Below, piece by piece: positions 12,935 to 25,900 of a stretch of DNA of 64,000 bases (position 1 is the first letter of the stretch; the number at the start of each line of letters is the position of its first letter). This DNA comes from Phoronis australis (taxonomy: Eukaryota; Animalia; Phoronida): NCBI GenBank assembly GCA_002633005.1, contig NMRA01000836.1:62001-126000 (forward strand), given 5' to 3'. The notes beneath the pieces were generated by a model. That model had not been told where the DNA came from, searched no databases, and saw nothing but the letters and a program-made list of their open reading frames with translations. A program made the translations under genes and the position numbers.

Positions 12935-13160
12935 GAGGAGACAGTGTGCCTCAGTGGTTTGAGCTCCAAACTTTCAGTTGGGAGACCTGACTTCGAATCC
13001 TAGCTTTACTGGCAAACAAATGAGCTTTGCACAAAAGTGTCTGCTCTGAGCTTGGCCATACTTAATTAGTGAGTAAATGAATGTATGTAAAAGAATGAAT
13101 GAGAGCTGCTTTGGAACACTCAACTTTGAGTGTGAAATGTAAGAGAAGAGAACGAACGAA
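12935..13160 (+). mobile_element. tRNA-derived SINE, degraded
   Basis: A-box-like TGCCTCAGTGG and B-box-like CTTCGAATCC at tRNA spacing, a 3' stem-loop acactcaactttgagtgt, and a purine-rich simple tail. Confidence 0.6.
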
Positions 13161-13799
13161 GGAAATGTTAGACACCTAACCTGGCCGTCTGCAAATTTAC
13201 TGAGATGTTACACAAGGTTGTTAATCCTCGAAACGCAATTTTGCCCAAATATTGCAAATTACAGTATTGTATCTGTGGTAATTGCAAGGTCTAAATGAAG
13301 TAAAATACAAGTAACAGTTCCAAACCTAAACAGAAAGTCATTTAGTGAAAGAACTCAGCAGTATTTGCAGATTTTTCGGTATAAGTGTAGTAAACAGGCC
13401 GTTCTTATAATTGGCTACCAGTACGTGCCGTTATTCAGTGAAAACTGATTATCGGCAGGTATTTTTAAGAGAGAAATCTTTACTCCACTTTTACCAAACT
13501 GTCAACATTTTCCACAAAGATAACTTGCTCTCAACACCATTTAAGTGCTGAGTAAAGCTGTCGTAAGTTGGGTGTGATTCGATTTTTAAAAAGAGATCAA
13601 AAGATAACTTAATGGCCTAGTTTGTACTTGAATGCCATTGGTTGATTTAGAAACGAGAGCAGCCCTCGAGATCTTATTCTGGCGGCAGCAAAAACAGATG
13701 TCACAGTCTCCATTTTGCAGGTGATCTTTTTATGGACATATTTCTTTAATTTTGCTAATTCTTTTGCAGGAAATGTGAACAGAACAAAGGATGATTATT

Positions 13800-14900
13800 T
13801 TATAATCCATGTACGTTATGCACCTACAGACCTGTATTTAGGTGCATATTGCTGTCACCTCTGTCCTGGCATACGCCCGTCTGTTGATGTATCTCCTAAA
13901 CCCCTTGCTGGTTCTAAATTAGATTTGTCAGATGTGTTACTATGAAACTGACGACATGTAGACAATTTTTTAATTTATGCTACTTCGGCTGTGATCCCTT
14001 GTGGCAAATTTTGGTTTGTTTACTTTCAGTTTTCTATTAAGGAGACGGCAATGCTTTTCCATTTCTGAATTGAATGGAACATAGTTTGTACCATCGTGTG
14101 GCCTTTATTATTTGTCTGCTTTTCGCGTCTGCCTTCTTATCTGCCAAAACAACTTGAAGGATCTTTTTGAAAATTTCAATTTAGCAGAAAGTGTTCCTGA
14201 TGAGAACAAGTCTGACGTTCATTTTTGTATGAGCTTGAGAACTGCTGTGCCCCCTAGTGGTTATTTGTCCTTTTTATGGCCTATGCTGTGTCTCCTCAAG
14301 CTTTTGAAGTGTAAATGAAATGTGGCAAGCTACCTTTTTATTATGAAGGTCACGGCAGCTTTCCATGTTGGGACGGATTTGTCATGTTCTTTGCCACCTG
14401 GTGGCCATTTTCATTACTTTCCAGTCATCTGCCTCTACGCCAAACCGCCCAGAGTATCTTTATTAAAATTGGCAGATGCTTTTCCAATGACCAGTGCACA
14501 ACAGACACGGATTTTGGGATGTGACCACCTACTCTGGTGCCCCCTGGTGTCATTCTTCTTTCATCTGCAGCTGTACCTCTTAACCCTTCTTGCATGGTCT
14601 TTTGGAAGTTGGGCAGTTGTATTTCTGTTATTAACTTAGCAACGGATCGAGCTACTGCTGCGCCTCCTAGTGGCAAGTTCTTTTTTTCACGTTTGCCTCT
14701 GTAATCCATGACTCATTTTTATGAAATTAAGCATATTGCGAATATTTATAGCTTTCTATTCTTGAGATGACAGCACCTTCCTAGTTTGGGACGCATTCGA
14801 CGTAATGTTTGCCATCTATTGGCCCTTTTTATGATACCAATAAGGACACCATTTGTGGCGCAGTCGTGGGCTCATTTCAACACTCCACGTTGCTCTTATT
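13800..14900 (+). mobile_element. Degraded HINE/Helentron-like element with ~150-bp core repeats
   Basis: 5' hairpin tatgcaccta..taggtgcata followed by ccgtctg-type simple repeat, and recurring gcc(c/a)cct(a/g)gtgg..ttt cores. Confidence 0.45.
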
Positions 14901-15353
14901 TTGTACAGAACTGAGGACAACCTTACTGTTGTTGCTATTCCCTACGTTGAAATACTTGTTCCTCCATATCCTCCAAACGTTGATCTCTAATTTCATCAAC
15001 TTCTGTATTGACTAGCTCACCACAAACAATTATGTTATTATCCAATGAGTATTTTGACACTAGAATAATCGTGTTCAAATTTTAAAAATCTTAAGCTCTC
15101 ATATTGCTTGTTCCTCGTGAGTGCTTTCAGTGACAATCCGTGCTCTATTCAGCTCTTCTTAATTTAACAATGCCTTATTCTTAGTGAAAGTTGTCTGGGA
15201 AACACTTCAGTCATTGGTAGTGCGGTAATGGTATAATATAATGTGCCCGAATTGCGAAAACCAATTTTCTCCACTGAATAACGGGCAGCAAAATGGTTCT
15301 CAAAATACGGGCACGATATGTCTATTGCCAGTAGTGAAACCTCTGTCTGACAT

Positions 15354-15429
15354 ACATTGTAACTAGGGCATTGTAACTAGGGCACTGTAACTAGGGCATT
15401 GTAACTAGGGCATTGTAACTAGGGCATTG
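15354..15429. repeat. 14-bp microsatellite-like repeat (CATTGTAACTAGGG)x5
   Basis: Directly visible tandem array. Confidence 0.95.
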
Positions 15430-16742
15430 GGTAAATGGCACTAGTACTTATGAAAACTCATATTTTCAACAATGTATTTGTCACTACATCTACCCACCAT
15501 GTTTATAATGTGCATACCCATGTGGTGAATTTTTGTCCCAGCACTTGGCAGTAATGTGCGATTTGCACTGGCAATATGTTTTATCCCCTATTTTTGAGAT
15601 TTGATTATCGCTGAAGGAATGTTTCTGTACTGTCAGTTACATGCAAAGTTATGATAAATTATCCCTTCTATATTAGTCAGACATTTCTTTGAAGTCTCTC
15701 AGACTAAAAGTATTTATATAAGTTTTCAATGGCAATTTTCTTTATATTGTAATTTTTAACTAATCCATGTATGCATATATTTTGTTGTCAGATATGCTGT
15801 ATGCTATAAAAAATAGATCTTACCAGGAATATTAATGACGCCAAATATTGTGTGGTGAGGTTGGCCTGGTATCCAGTGATTAGTGTAGACATACATAACA
15901 GGTGACAGAGATGGTTTGTTTTATGGATTGACCCACCAGCTCTGTATCTGTCTCACATGAGAGTAATAACATTGGCAAATTATTTGTTGGCTACAGTATT
16001 GCCCTCCACAGGAATTTGGCTGCTTGCTGATGGAATCTTTCTATAGATGCTCTCAATAGTGTATTAATATTCTCAACCATACTTAGCTTAGGGCAAATTA
16101 GGAAAATTTTTCCTACTTTGGACGGCGATTTTGGAATTTGGTAGATTTATTTCTTTCATTGGCTAAGGTCATATAGAATATAAAACTTACAATTAACATG
16201 TAAGTACGGGTAAGAATTCAAGTCATCTTACTATAATGGTATTTACTGGTTACATCACGTCACCTAATGAATGCACTAAAACCGCCAAAATTTTGCCTGA
16301 TTTTGTCGTCCTACATGTTGCTTTCAGAATCTAAATAACTGCAATTCAGAGCAGATGATGACAACTTTAGTGATATGGGGTCTAGCATATTACAAAAATG
16401 TGAATTTATGTGGCTGTTTAGTTAAAGTGACAAGCAGTTAGCCATCCAGAACAATCAATCAGGTAACATACACTGAGGTACCAGACAAAATCAGGGATGT
16501 TTTAACGCAGCCCCTTAATTAATGTAGTCGAAAAATGCCAGAAAATCGACTACGCTGACCCATAGCAGTGGGTTTGAAGCCACATGGACCCACTGACTGA
16601 AGAGTTGTCACGTTTTTCTAAAATGATTTCTGCAGATGCTGGATATCTGCATTGCACAAAGGCACAGTTGATGATTCAGTGAGTGGGCAGTGCTCATGAT
16701 TGCCAGTCCCTTGTCGTGTGACACTTCCAGCAGTTCACCAGT

Positions 16743-16915
16743 TGACCTATCGCAAGCTCTGCCCCCTTGCGTAATGTCGACTAACAAACAATAAGTTTTC
16801 TCCAGCAACGTGTTGTTTGTCGGGTAAAATGGCGGCTTGGAAACGAAACTGTGTCAATAATTCTGCATTCTAAATGGTCAGTTAAGCCGTCACTCAAAAT
16901 CCTGGCGACAGGTCA
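16743..16915. mobile_element. 173-bp internally deleted derivative of the element at 61406-63446
   Basis: TIRs TGACCTATCGC / GCGACAGGTCA. Its interior (tttgtcgggtaaaatggcg.cttggaaacg..ggtca.ttaagccgtc) matches 63350-63446. Confidence 0.8.
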
Positions 16916-16967
16916 ATTGGGGTTGATGAAGTCATTCACCTGTTGTTTGTTTTCATTCTTGTGACAG

Positions 16968-19900
16968 ACTCAACAGAAGGGGTTGTTAACACAGCAAGTC
17001 GCTCCAACACACCTTAAAAAATGGAAGGTGATTGGTCGGATGATGTCCATACAGAACGTGTTGCCACGGTTACCAGTACCACCTTTGGAGCAGACACTGC
17101 AGAAGTACCTTAAATCCCTGGAACCCCTTCTGACCCCAGAAGAATATGAAAACACAAAACGGGTAAGTGGCGTCACCTAGTGTGTGGAGAGTGCGTTATC
17201 AGCAAGAATTGATTTGGTCCCTGGCTTCTCAGCTAAGTTTATTGACGTAGTTTACCGAATTCTCATTTTGTTGTTTAAAGTGTTGTGGCCGGTTGGAGTC
17301 TACCTAATACACAGGTTGTGTCATGTAGCTGTGAGGAAACTTGAATACGTCTCTCACTTCTAAATTCTTTCATCATTTATTTGTTCTTTTTGTGGAAACA
17401 TTGTGAGGATCAAACTGTTAAATCTGTCTTTGTGTTGTGCTTTTTAGATTTGCCAAGAGTTTGGTAAAGCTGGTGGTTTGGGGGAAGACTTACAGGCAAT
17501 ATTGTACGACAGGGCACACTTGAGGACAAACTGGGTAGGTGGTATTCCCAGTGCCTTGCTAGCTGTCATGAGTGATGATAGTTGATATTATTTATCTTTT
17601 CCTCTCTCCTTCCCAGATTGGTGTCCATAATCTGATCACATACCGGTAATTAATGTTTTACCCATTGTTAATTTTCTCAAAAGTACTAGTCCATGAGAGT
17701 AACAGTCATCCAGCAACCAGGTGGAGGTTAGCCAATTTTCACCAAAGTTGGCACCTAGTTGGTCTTAAGGGACCTGTAATCAATGATCCATAAAATATTT
17801 CCCAAACTTATTGCATCTTACCTGTATTATATATTATAACCAGTTTTAGGTCCAGTTATTAAATATAGTCGATTTTAATCCTCTGTCCCTGTTATTAGAT
17901 GTATTCAGTGTTATTCTCCGCCCCTGTTATTAAATGTAGACATTGTTATGCTCTTCCCTTGTTATTAAATGTAGTCAATGTTATTCCTCTCCCTGTTATT
18001 TCAGCTGTCAGAGTGGTGGCAACAAAAGGCGTACTTAGAGGTGCGTGACCCCGTGGTGATCCACTGCAGTCCCGGCATTGTCATGCCTGTACAGGAGTTC
18101 ATAGGTCAGGATGACCAAGTCAAGTAAGACACTAAGGCTTGTGTGATGTAACCAGGCTCTGCTGTTTGTCTAGTCTCATGTCTGAACTTGTCTGTAAAGC
18201 GTTATGTACTTCATCACCTGCGTAACGCTCAAAAAACAAAATTGTGCTGCGAAATGTCATTGGAATAATAGTTTCTCAATCATGCCTTATTTTCGCAACT
18301 CATTGTTACCTACTTGGCTCGTAATAGATCATGCTGTCTTATGTTGGAAATTAGGGTGCATGTGTCAAAAGTGATAATACAGCCCTGTCTTGTTGTCATT
18401 CTCAGGTTTGCTGCCAAACTTATAACAGCTGTCTTGGACTATAAGAATATGGTGGACGAGTAAGTATTGTGTTTCAGCATCCCGTGAAATGTTGTTAAGT
18501 TAATTATTTTAATTTTCACGACGGTGTTGACAGGAGTATGAACAGGGCTCTGCTTCATGGAACTATCTTAGTCTCAGCTTAGACTGAATTAACAATGCTG
18601 TCGTTCCATCACATGTCACGCTGCGCTTGTTGAAAATTCTGTTAACAGCGTACCAACAGTCAAATTTTAGACTTAAACTTTCGTGAAACGGAGCCCAGCT
18701 GTTTTCCTTCAGTGATGATACTGCGTATAATCAACTTATAGGAGCTGAATTGGTTATTGGCAACTAAATGCTTATAGTAGAAGCTGATGAGCTTATTGTC
18801 ATCTGAAAGCATATGGTATATAAATTCAAGTGTCAAAAGCCATTCCCTACTCAAAGTACATTTATTTATTTCCGTGTACCAGACAGTTGTTGGCTACATT
18901 TAACGTCTTGACATGTTTACTTTATTCTTGCCAGACAAACTCTACCTGTAGATACTCTGGGCAACAAGCCACTATGCATGGACCAGTATTTCAAGATATT
19001 CTCAGCCTGTCGCATTCCTGGCATCAAACACGATAGTTTCGTGTGCTACCCACCTGATGAACAGAACCCTCCGCGACACATAGTCGTCATTCATAAGGGT
19101 CACGTAAGTGAGGATTTAACTATAGTACTAACAGATGAACATAAAGATATAACATTCTGTGTGGGCATTAGACATTGCCATAGTTGTAGTTTGTGAAAAC
19201 TTGTTTAACAGGTGTTTTTCTGATCATTTGAGCCATGAAACTTCATCGACTGTTCTCGTTTGTGTGACCTTGACCTTAACTGTACTTAGTAACTGGTTAT
19301 CATGCTGTTAATATCAGCTGTTAATATCAGCTGTCGTTATTCATGTGACTTTGCCTCTTTCAGTTCTTCTCAATGCACGTCTATGGACGTAACGGTAAAC
19401 TACTGAATGAGGCTCAGATACGAGATCAGTTGGACACGATCATGGATCAATCACGACACCCAGTAACCTCTAGGCTCGGTCTGATGACATCTGAAAACAG
19501 GAACACTTGGGGCCAAGTGTACAAGAAACTGAGCAAAGGTACAATCATGTTACCCCCAATACTGTTAATGTGGTTTTTGTTTGACTTGAACTTTGAGATT
19601 TAAAGTGCTGTGTACGGTGTGTCTTTAAAGTTGAAGCTGATGTCATTTTTGTTGAAATATTTGTTGTCTGTTGCTGCCAACTTTTATTTACGGCTTTTGC
19701 CACCTTTAGCCAACTATGGAATGCAATAGAATGCACTCTTATGTTATGTTCTTCCTTAGACAAAGTCAATCGCCTCTCTCTTGAGAGGATAGCACGGAGC
19801 ATATTCGTTGTGTGCCTGGATGAACCCAGTGGCCCAAGTGTTGACCCTGAGGAGAGACTGACCCGTGATGCTCACCAGATGTTACACGGGGGTGGGAGCA

Positions 19901-22900
19901 AGGCAAACAGTGGCAATAGGTGGTTTGATAAAACACTGCAGGTAAGGGGGGAGGTGCTTAGTGGGATACATGTTCATGTGATGAGCACGCTCTTTAAGTC
20001 GGATTCTTCATCATGAGTTGTATCCGCATAGTCTAATTTTTACTCTTTTGTTCAGATTTTATGGTTTCCTTTGGTTTTCATGTCCCAAAACGAAAAGTGG
20101 AAAATACAGCCTAGATGCTTTCAAGCCTTCTCTATTTAGATATGATTTGATAAGAAACAGTAATTACTCTGACTCGCAACTGACCTAGTGAATAGAGTCA
20201 CTCCTTCGATTATCGTCCCACTAGTGAAAATGGAATGTGGAGTAAACCTGGTTGGACTCGGTAGAAGATACTGGAGAAATTCAAAAGATCTTGGTTAATG
20301 GGGATGTTTACAGCATGGTGGGGGAGGGAAGGAGAGGTGATTAGTTATTGAGATATGTGGGAAATGATTAGTTGGTGGGTACGTGTTGGGGCATGGGAGG
20401 TTTATATTTGGTGGGGTGCATTGTGGGTAGAGGGGACAGGAGATGCTAAGTGAGTCATTTATATAGTTTTGCTAAATGTTTTTCAACTATCTTGAAAATA
20501 GACAAGAATTTGGATATCAAAATTTCCAATTATCACCTAGTTAATTTTCTTTCGTTTGCCCTCAACGTATTTTGCATAACTTTATTTGATCTTGACTCTT
20601 CTTAATTGACAACTGAACCCGTCAGATCTCAGTTGATGTTTGCCTTTAGTTCATTGTAGGAAGTGATGGTTCAGTTGGCCTGAGTTATGAACACGCCTCC
20701 GCAGAGGGTCCTCCTATAGCGGCCATATTGGATCACATTCACAGTTACGTGTAAGTACTTGCTATTGGTGTGTAGGGTATCACTAGAATGGTACGGGTCA
20801 CTTTTCAATCTGCCCTACCTCCCCCTCCAGGGCCAGTGTGGTGGAGAATTTCAATGTTTTTGAGGGTTGAGCATTTTTGTATGAATTTCAATGAAACTTG
20901 ACAGGTAGGTATGTGATAACAGTGCGCAGGCACCGGGTGGATTCGACTACTGCAGGGCACTCTATTAGCCATTTTTTATCGACAAAGGAGGTTTTAGCCA
21001 TGATGCTTATTAGGTGAACAGCTTTTCAGAATATATCGAGGAAACTAATTTACACATTTCAGTGAATCTTATCTTGACACAGAGGTATGCACCAGCACCA
21101 GTATATTCTTGGGCAGAGTTGACCCATTCAGCACCCTCTAGTGGCCATTTTAGTCTCTAATAGGTGCATTTTCGGTACTTTACAAGGAAGAACGTGTTCA
21201 GAAGATAGCTTGAGAACCAGTTGACGGGGTAACTAAACTTAACAAATAGGTGACTGCATGACAATGGTAGGAGTTAGTTTTGAGGCAGTTGTTCCTACAG
21301 CTCACCCTAGTGGCCATTTTGTCCTGGTCAGATGTTGGTGAAATTTGGCTCTAGGTTGAAGCCATCATTAGGGAGCTGATTGATTTTGGTGTGGAAAAGA
21401 GGCTTTTTAGTATTTGTTGGGAGAAGGGCATTTCCAGGTGATGTCTAGAAAAGTGATTGACGGATTTCAACGAGACTTTGACATGTACATTTAAGATAGC
21501 AGTGCACTGGCAGTGATCAATTTTCCTGTAGATTTGATTACTGCATCACCCTCTAGTGGCCGTTTTATTTTCCAGGTGATGACAGCTGCCTTTTTGAGCG
21601 GTGCTGTGCACATTTGTATCTTCTTATTATCATGGTTGTTCTTTATGAAAAGAAATAGACTAGTTTGTGGTTTATTTATTTGTTGCAATTGTTGGGAGTT
21701 GTTTATTTTTTATGTTATTGGTTTGATGTTAGTTTTTTAAAACATTTTAAAGGAGATGAAGAGCGAACCTTTTTTTCATTTCTGACTATTAGAGCTACTT
21801 CTTGGAGCCCAGTTCTTGTCTCCTTATGCCTTATGAAAGTGATATGCTCTCCCAGAAACGCATTGCTTGTTGTGCACTGTGGGTGCATATCAAGGTTTTG
21901 CCTTGCTCTTGTTTTTGGTTGTGATGTATGTAGTGAGGCCTTTTGGAAACTGTGGCAGTAAAACTTGGTAGAATGTGTTAAACTTGTTTGATGATTTTTA
22001 ATGATTGGATGAATACAAAGTAAAGTGAAAATATTGGCCATGTTTTGACTGTACTGACTAGTCAATGTAATCTCATGTTCAATAGATCAAGTTTGAGTCT
22101 AATACTGGAATAAAAACTTTTACAAAAATTAGCGACGTTGCGTCCGCATCTCTCGGACTTCAGCTTGGCTTGTGATGTTATCGTTATTCTGGCCAGTTGG
22201 TGGCGTTTTGGCCATACGACACGGCATTGACGTCAGAACACCACCCCGTACTTGTGACAAATCGAATCTGGCCAAAACGCCACCAATTGTCCAGAGTAAC
22301 GATAACGTCACAAGCCAAGCTGAAGTCTGTGAGATGCAGACGCAACGTCGCTAATTTTTGTACCTTTTTATTTCAGTATTAGACTCAAACTTGATCTGTT
22401 TTCTCAACTGGATGTCTCAAAATTTTCATGCTTTTTTTTCTCATGTTCAATACTTCTTCAGGGATCGTTTTTGAAAAGCATATTTTGTCAATTGACCCAT
22501 AGGGCCTCAAGTGTTTGGTCCAATTTGGAGTTCTACCTGTGTTCCAAGTTCAGTTTGCCATGTCCTTTTTTATTCCATTTTCGACGGGAGGCATTTGTGT
22601 TATTCCCTGTATTTCTTGGTAGGTTACGTATTTGGTCTGCTGTTCACTTTCAGTACTTCCATTGTGCGGAGTTCAGCAATCTCTGTGTGACAATGAAATC
22701 TTTTATGTGTCAATGATTGTGAACGTGTCTCTAGAGTTTACCTGGCTCGCTTATTGTGTACTTTCAAATGTCATTTCAAGTTTGAATATGACCTGTATGT
22801 TTGTGTTTACTAATGAAGCTCTCTCTCCTGTTGTTGAGTTAAGGAGGGCTCTCATTGAAAGCAGTGTGAACTGATGGGGCTACCCTCATTGTAAATATTT

Positions 22901-25900
22901 CATTAATAAATAATAAATAAATAAATAAGCTTTTGCCCCTTTATTATCACAAGTGATCTATTAACTGAATAATCTTAACTGTCGAGTTATTATGGTTAAT
23001 AACCACTGGATGTAGTGAGGTATTGTTGCTTGAACAGTCATCAGTTATGTTAGTTATATTCAATGTTTGTAGGCACTCATAATCAAAACATGAACACAGT
23101 CATCATTTATGTTTGCTATGTTCAATATTTTTAGGCGCTCAAGCAAAACGTATCTGCCAGCACCAGAACCGTCAGCACCAGAGAGGCTCAAATTCAACAT
23201 GGCCGCTGAGATCCATGGAGCTATAGCGGAAGCTGGGAGTAGATTAGATGTGTAGGTTTTCTAGTAAATTTCATGCATTTTATGCACAAAAATGGTGCTG
23301 TACATGTTGTAATCAACAAAAATATTTCTTTGGTTATATCAGAGTTTCTAAGGAAACGACCTTCCATAATTATGTGCTTCTTGCGTGAAGATACACGTCA
23401 AAATGTTGAGATACTGATAATAGAACTGAGTGGCTGCCGTTGTAGGTTGATTCTACCTGGTCTGTGTAAATCGTGTTTACCTTATGTGCCAATTTTGTGT
23501 TACGAAGACATCAAAAAATGTCAATGTCATTCACTAACACTCCATTGTGTTATGTAGTCACAGTGTCAATGTCTCGTGGTATACTTGCAGACTTATCAGC
23601 GACTTGGACCTCACAGCAATGCACTTCAAAGAATTTGGTAAAAAATTCATCAAAAGCCAAAAGTTGAGTCCTGATGCATTTTTTCAAATGGCCATTCAGT
23701 TAGCTTACTTCAGGTAAGTGAGAGACATCTGTTGGAGAGTTGGTGACTCTTATTCATGACTCTATAGTACTTGCACCATCTCATTTGTTCTAAATTCAGG
23801 ACTGCACTGAATCATTAAGGATATTGAATAACCTGTCTTAAACAGTCTTCATTATTTTCTTTCAAAATGTGTCAGACTAGTGTTTGTACTTGTTGGACTT
23901 TAGTGCCACCTGATGGAGAGATGAAAGAATGTTCTGATGCCACCTGGTGGACAGATGAGGTAATGCTCTGATGATAAGGTGTAGACGAAGGCGAGTTAGA
24001 GCATTGATTGCGTGTGGTGACCATTAAGTTCTCATTTGTGTACACTTTGTAAACCTCAAAAAAATTGCCATTTTACGCATCGTGTCGCTATAAATTACGT
24101 TTTACTGGACAGTCAACAAAACCAGTAACATTAGATTCCAGTCACTTGTTTGTCCAACTTAATGCAATTTAAATTTGTACACTCACCTCAATTTAAATGT
24201 GTTCACTCACCTTAATTTCAGAACTCACAACGAGCCATGTGCGACATATGAGAGTGGATCATTACGGCGGTTCCAGTTAGGACGAACAGACACAATACGT
24301 TCTTGTAGTTTAGACTCGCTCAATTTCACCCTGGCCATGCAAGAATCTGCAACCTCTGCTCAGGAGAAGGCCAGTCTACTACGCAAGGCCATAGACAGCC
24401 ACAGGAAATACACAGGAGAGGTAGGACAGTTCTCATTACAATTGAAGTGTGCAGACTCTCCTTAAATGACTGGTGAGTCTGTTCTGTGTTGGTGACAAGT
24501 TGAGTGGCTGAATGCATCCCTGTGACATAGGTAGCAGTTCTCACTCACAGGTCAAAGGTCGTAACTGGGTCATACAGACTCCATTATTATTGTAGATTAT
24601 AGTAATCTTTTCAATGATTCTTTTTGAATTATTGTTAGAGTGGCTTAGGTCATATGTCTCTATTTTTTGATTTGTGAATGCAGCCAAGTGTCAATTTGAT
24701 TCCTCTGGTCAAATTGTATTAATGATTGAATGACGTTTATGTTCCTCACGTGTATATAATGACTGGAGAATTACATTCTTTCTAATTGACTTTCTAAGAG
24801 GTCGGTGTAAATAGACCAAGAGATTTTAACAATAGTTGGATAATTCGTAATGTATTCCTGTTTACGTGATCATTACCTAGCTCATTTTTGTCTTCATGTT
24901 GATAGTGGCTGGGTGATTCTAACAACATCTGGCGTAATCCTCTCATTACTGAAAACTTGTTGATTTATAAATACCTCACGCACTCTTCATTTGTCCACCA
25001 GGTGGTGTCAGGGCATGGCATTGATCGCCACCTGTTGGGCCTGAAGCTGGCTGCCATTGAAAGTGGAAGGAATGTTCCTGACTTGTTCATGGATCCGGCA
25101 TATGCACTTAACTTTCACTTTAAACTGTCCACTAGTCAGGTAAGTGTCACAGGGCGTAGTTGTCAAGGTAATGGCTAACGTGGTAATTGTCACGTAAGGG
25201 GGGTATTTGTCAGGTAAGGGGCATGGGGGGGTATTTGTCAGGTAAGGCTTTTCAGGTTAGGGGCCTGTGAGAATTATCAGATATGGTGTTTAAGAGGTCA
25301 TTGTCGGGTAAGGGATGCAGAGGGTAGTTGAAGGTTAGGGTGTAAGGGGTTGTAGGGGAAGCAGAGTAAGGGATTAGTGTCAGATCGGTTGATGGGTATA
25401 AGGATGTGATGGGTAGTTGTCAGGTAAGGGGTGCTTGGGTGGTTGGTGCACTAACATGCTCGTTGTTTCCTCTCTAAGCATTTGATTCCATGTTCATCCA
25501 TTCTTATAATTATGTTGATCAATCTTACAAGACTAGTACAAGAAGGTCTTTTTTAGTTCGTTTCTTCTTCAGATTTTGCCTCTTGTTCATAGCAGTGGTT
25601 TGTTGAGACCTTNAAGATACATGTAGACACTGTAGAGCAAGAATATCTGATTGATGGACGAGAAAAATTTTTTTGTGAAAATCTCATCACTTCTCTAATA
25701 AATTTCTGTCATCTCATGTACGACATCCTCGTTCATGTTTCAGGTGCCAGCCAAGACGGAGGCCATCTTGTGTTTCGGTCCGGTAGTGCCCAATGGTTAC
25801 GGTGTGTGTTACAACCCACAACAGGACCAGATCCTCTACTGTGTCAGCGCTTTCAACAGCAGCCCAGAGACAAAGTCAGCTGAGTTTGTAGAGACACTGA

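Noticed and set aside
12935-13015. Functional tRNA gene
   Set aside because: The cloverleaf is degenerate and continues into a SINE-like body and tail.
15792-15860. CRAT first coding exon
   Set aside because: It has an AG and a possible GT, but no ATG-led open frame joins 16968 in phase 0.
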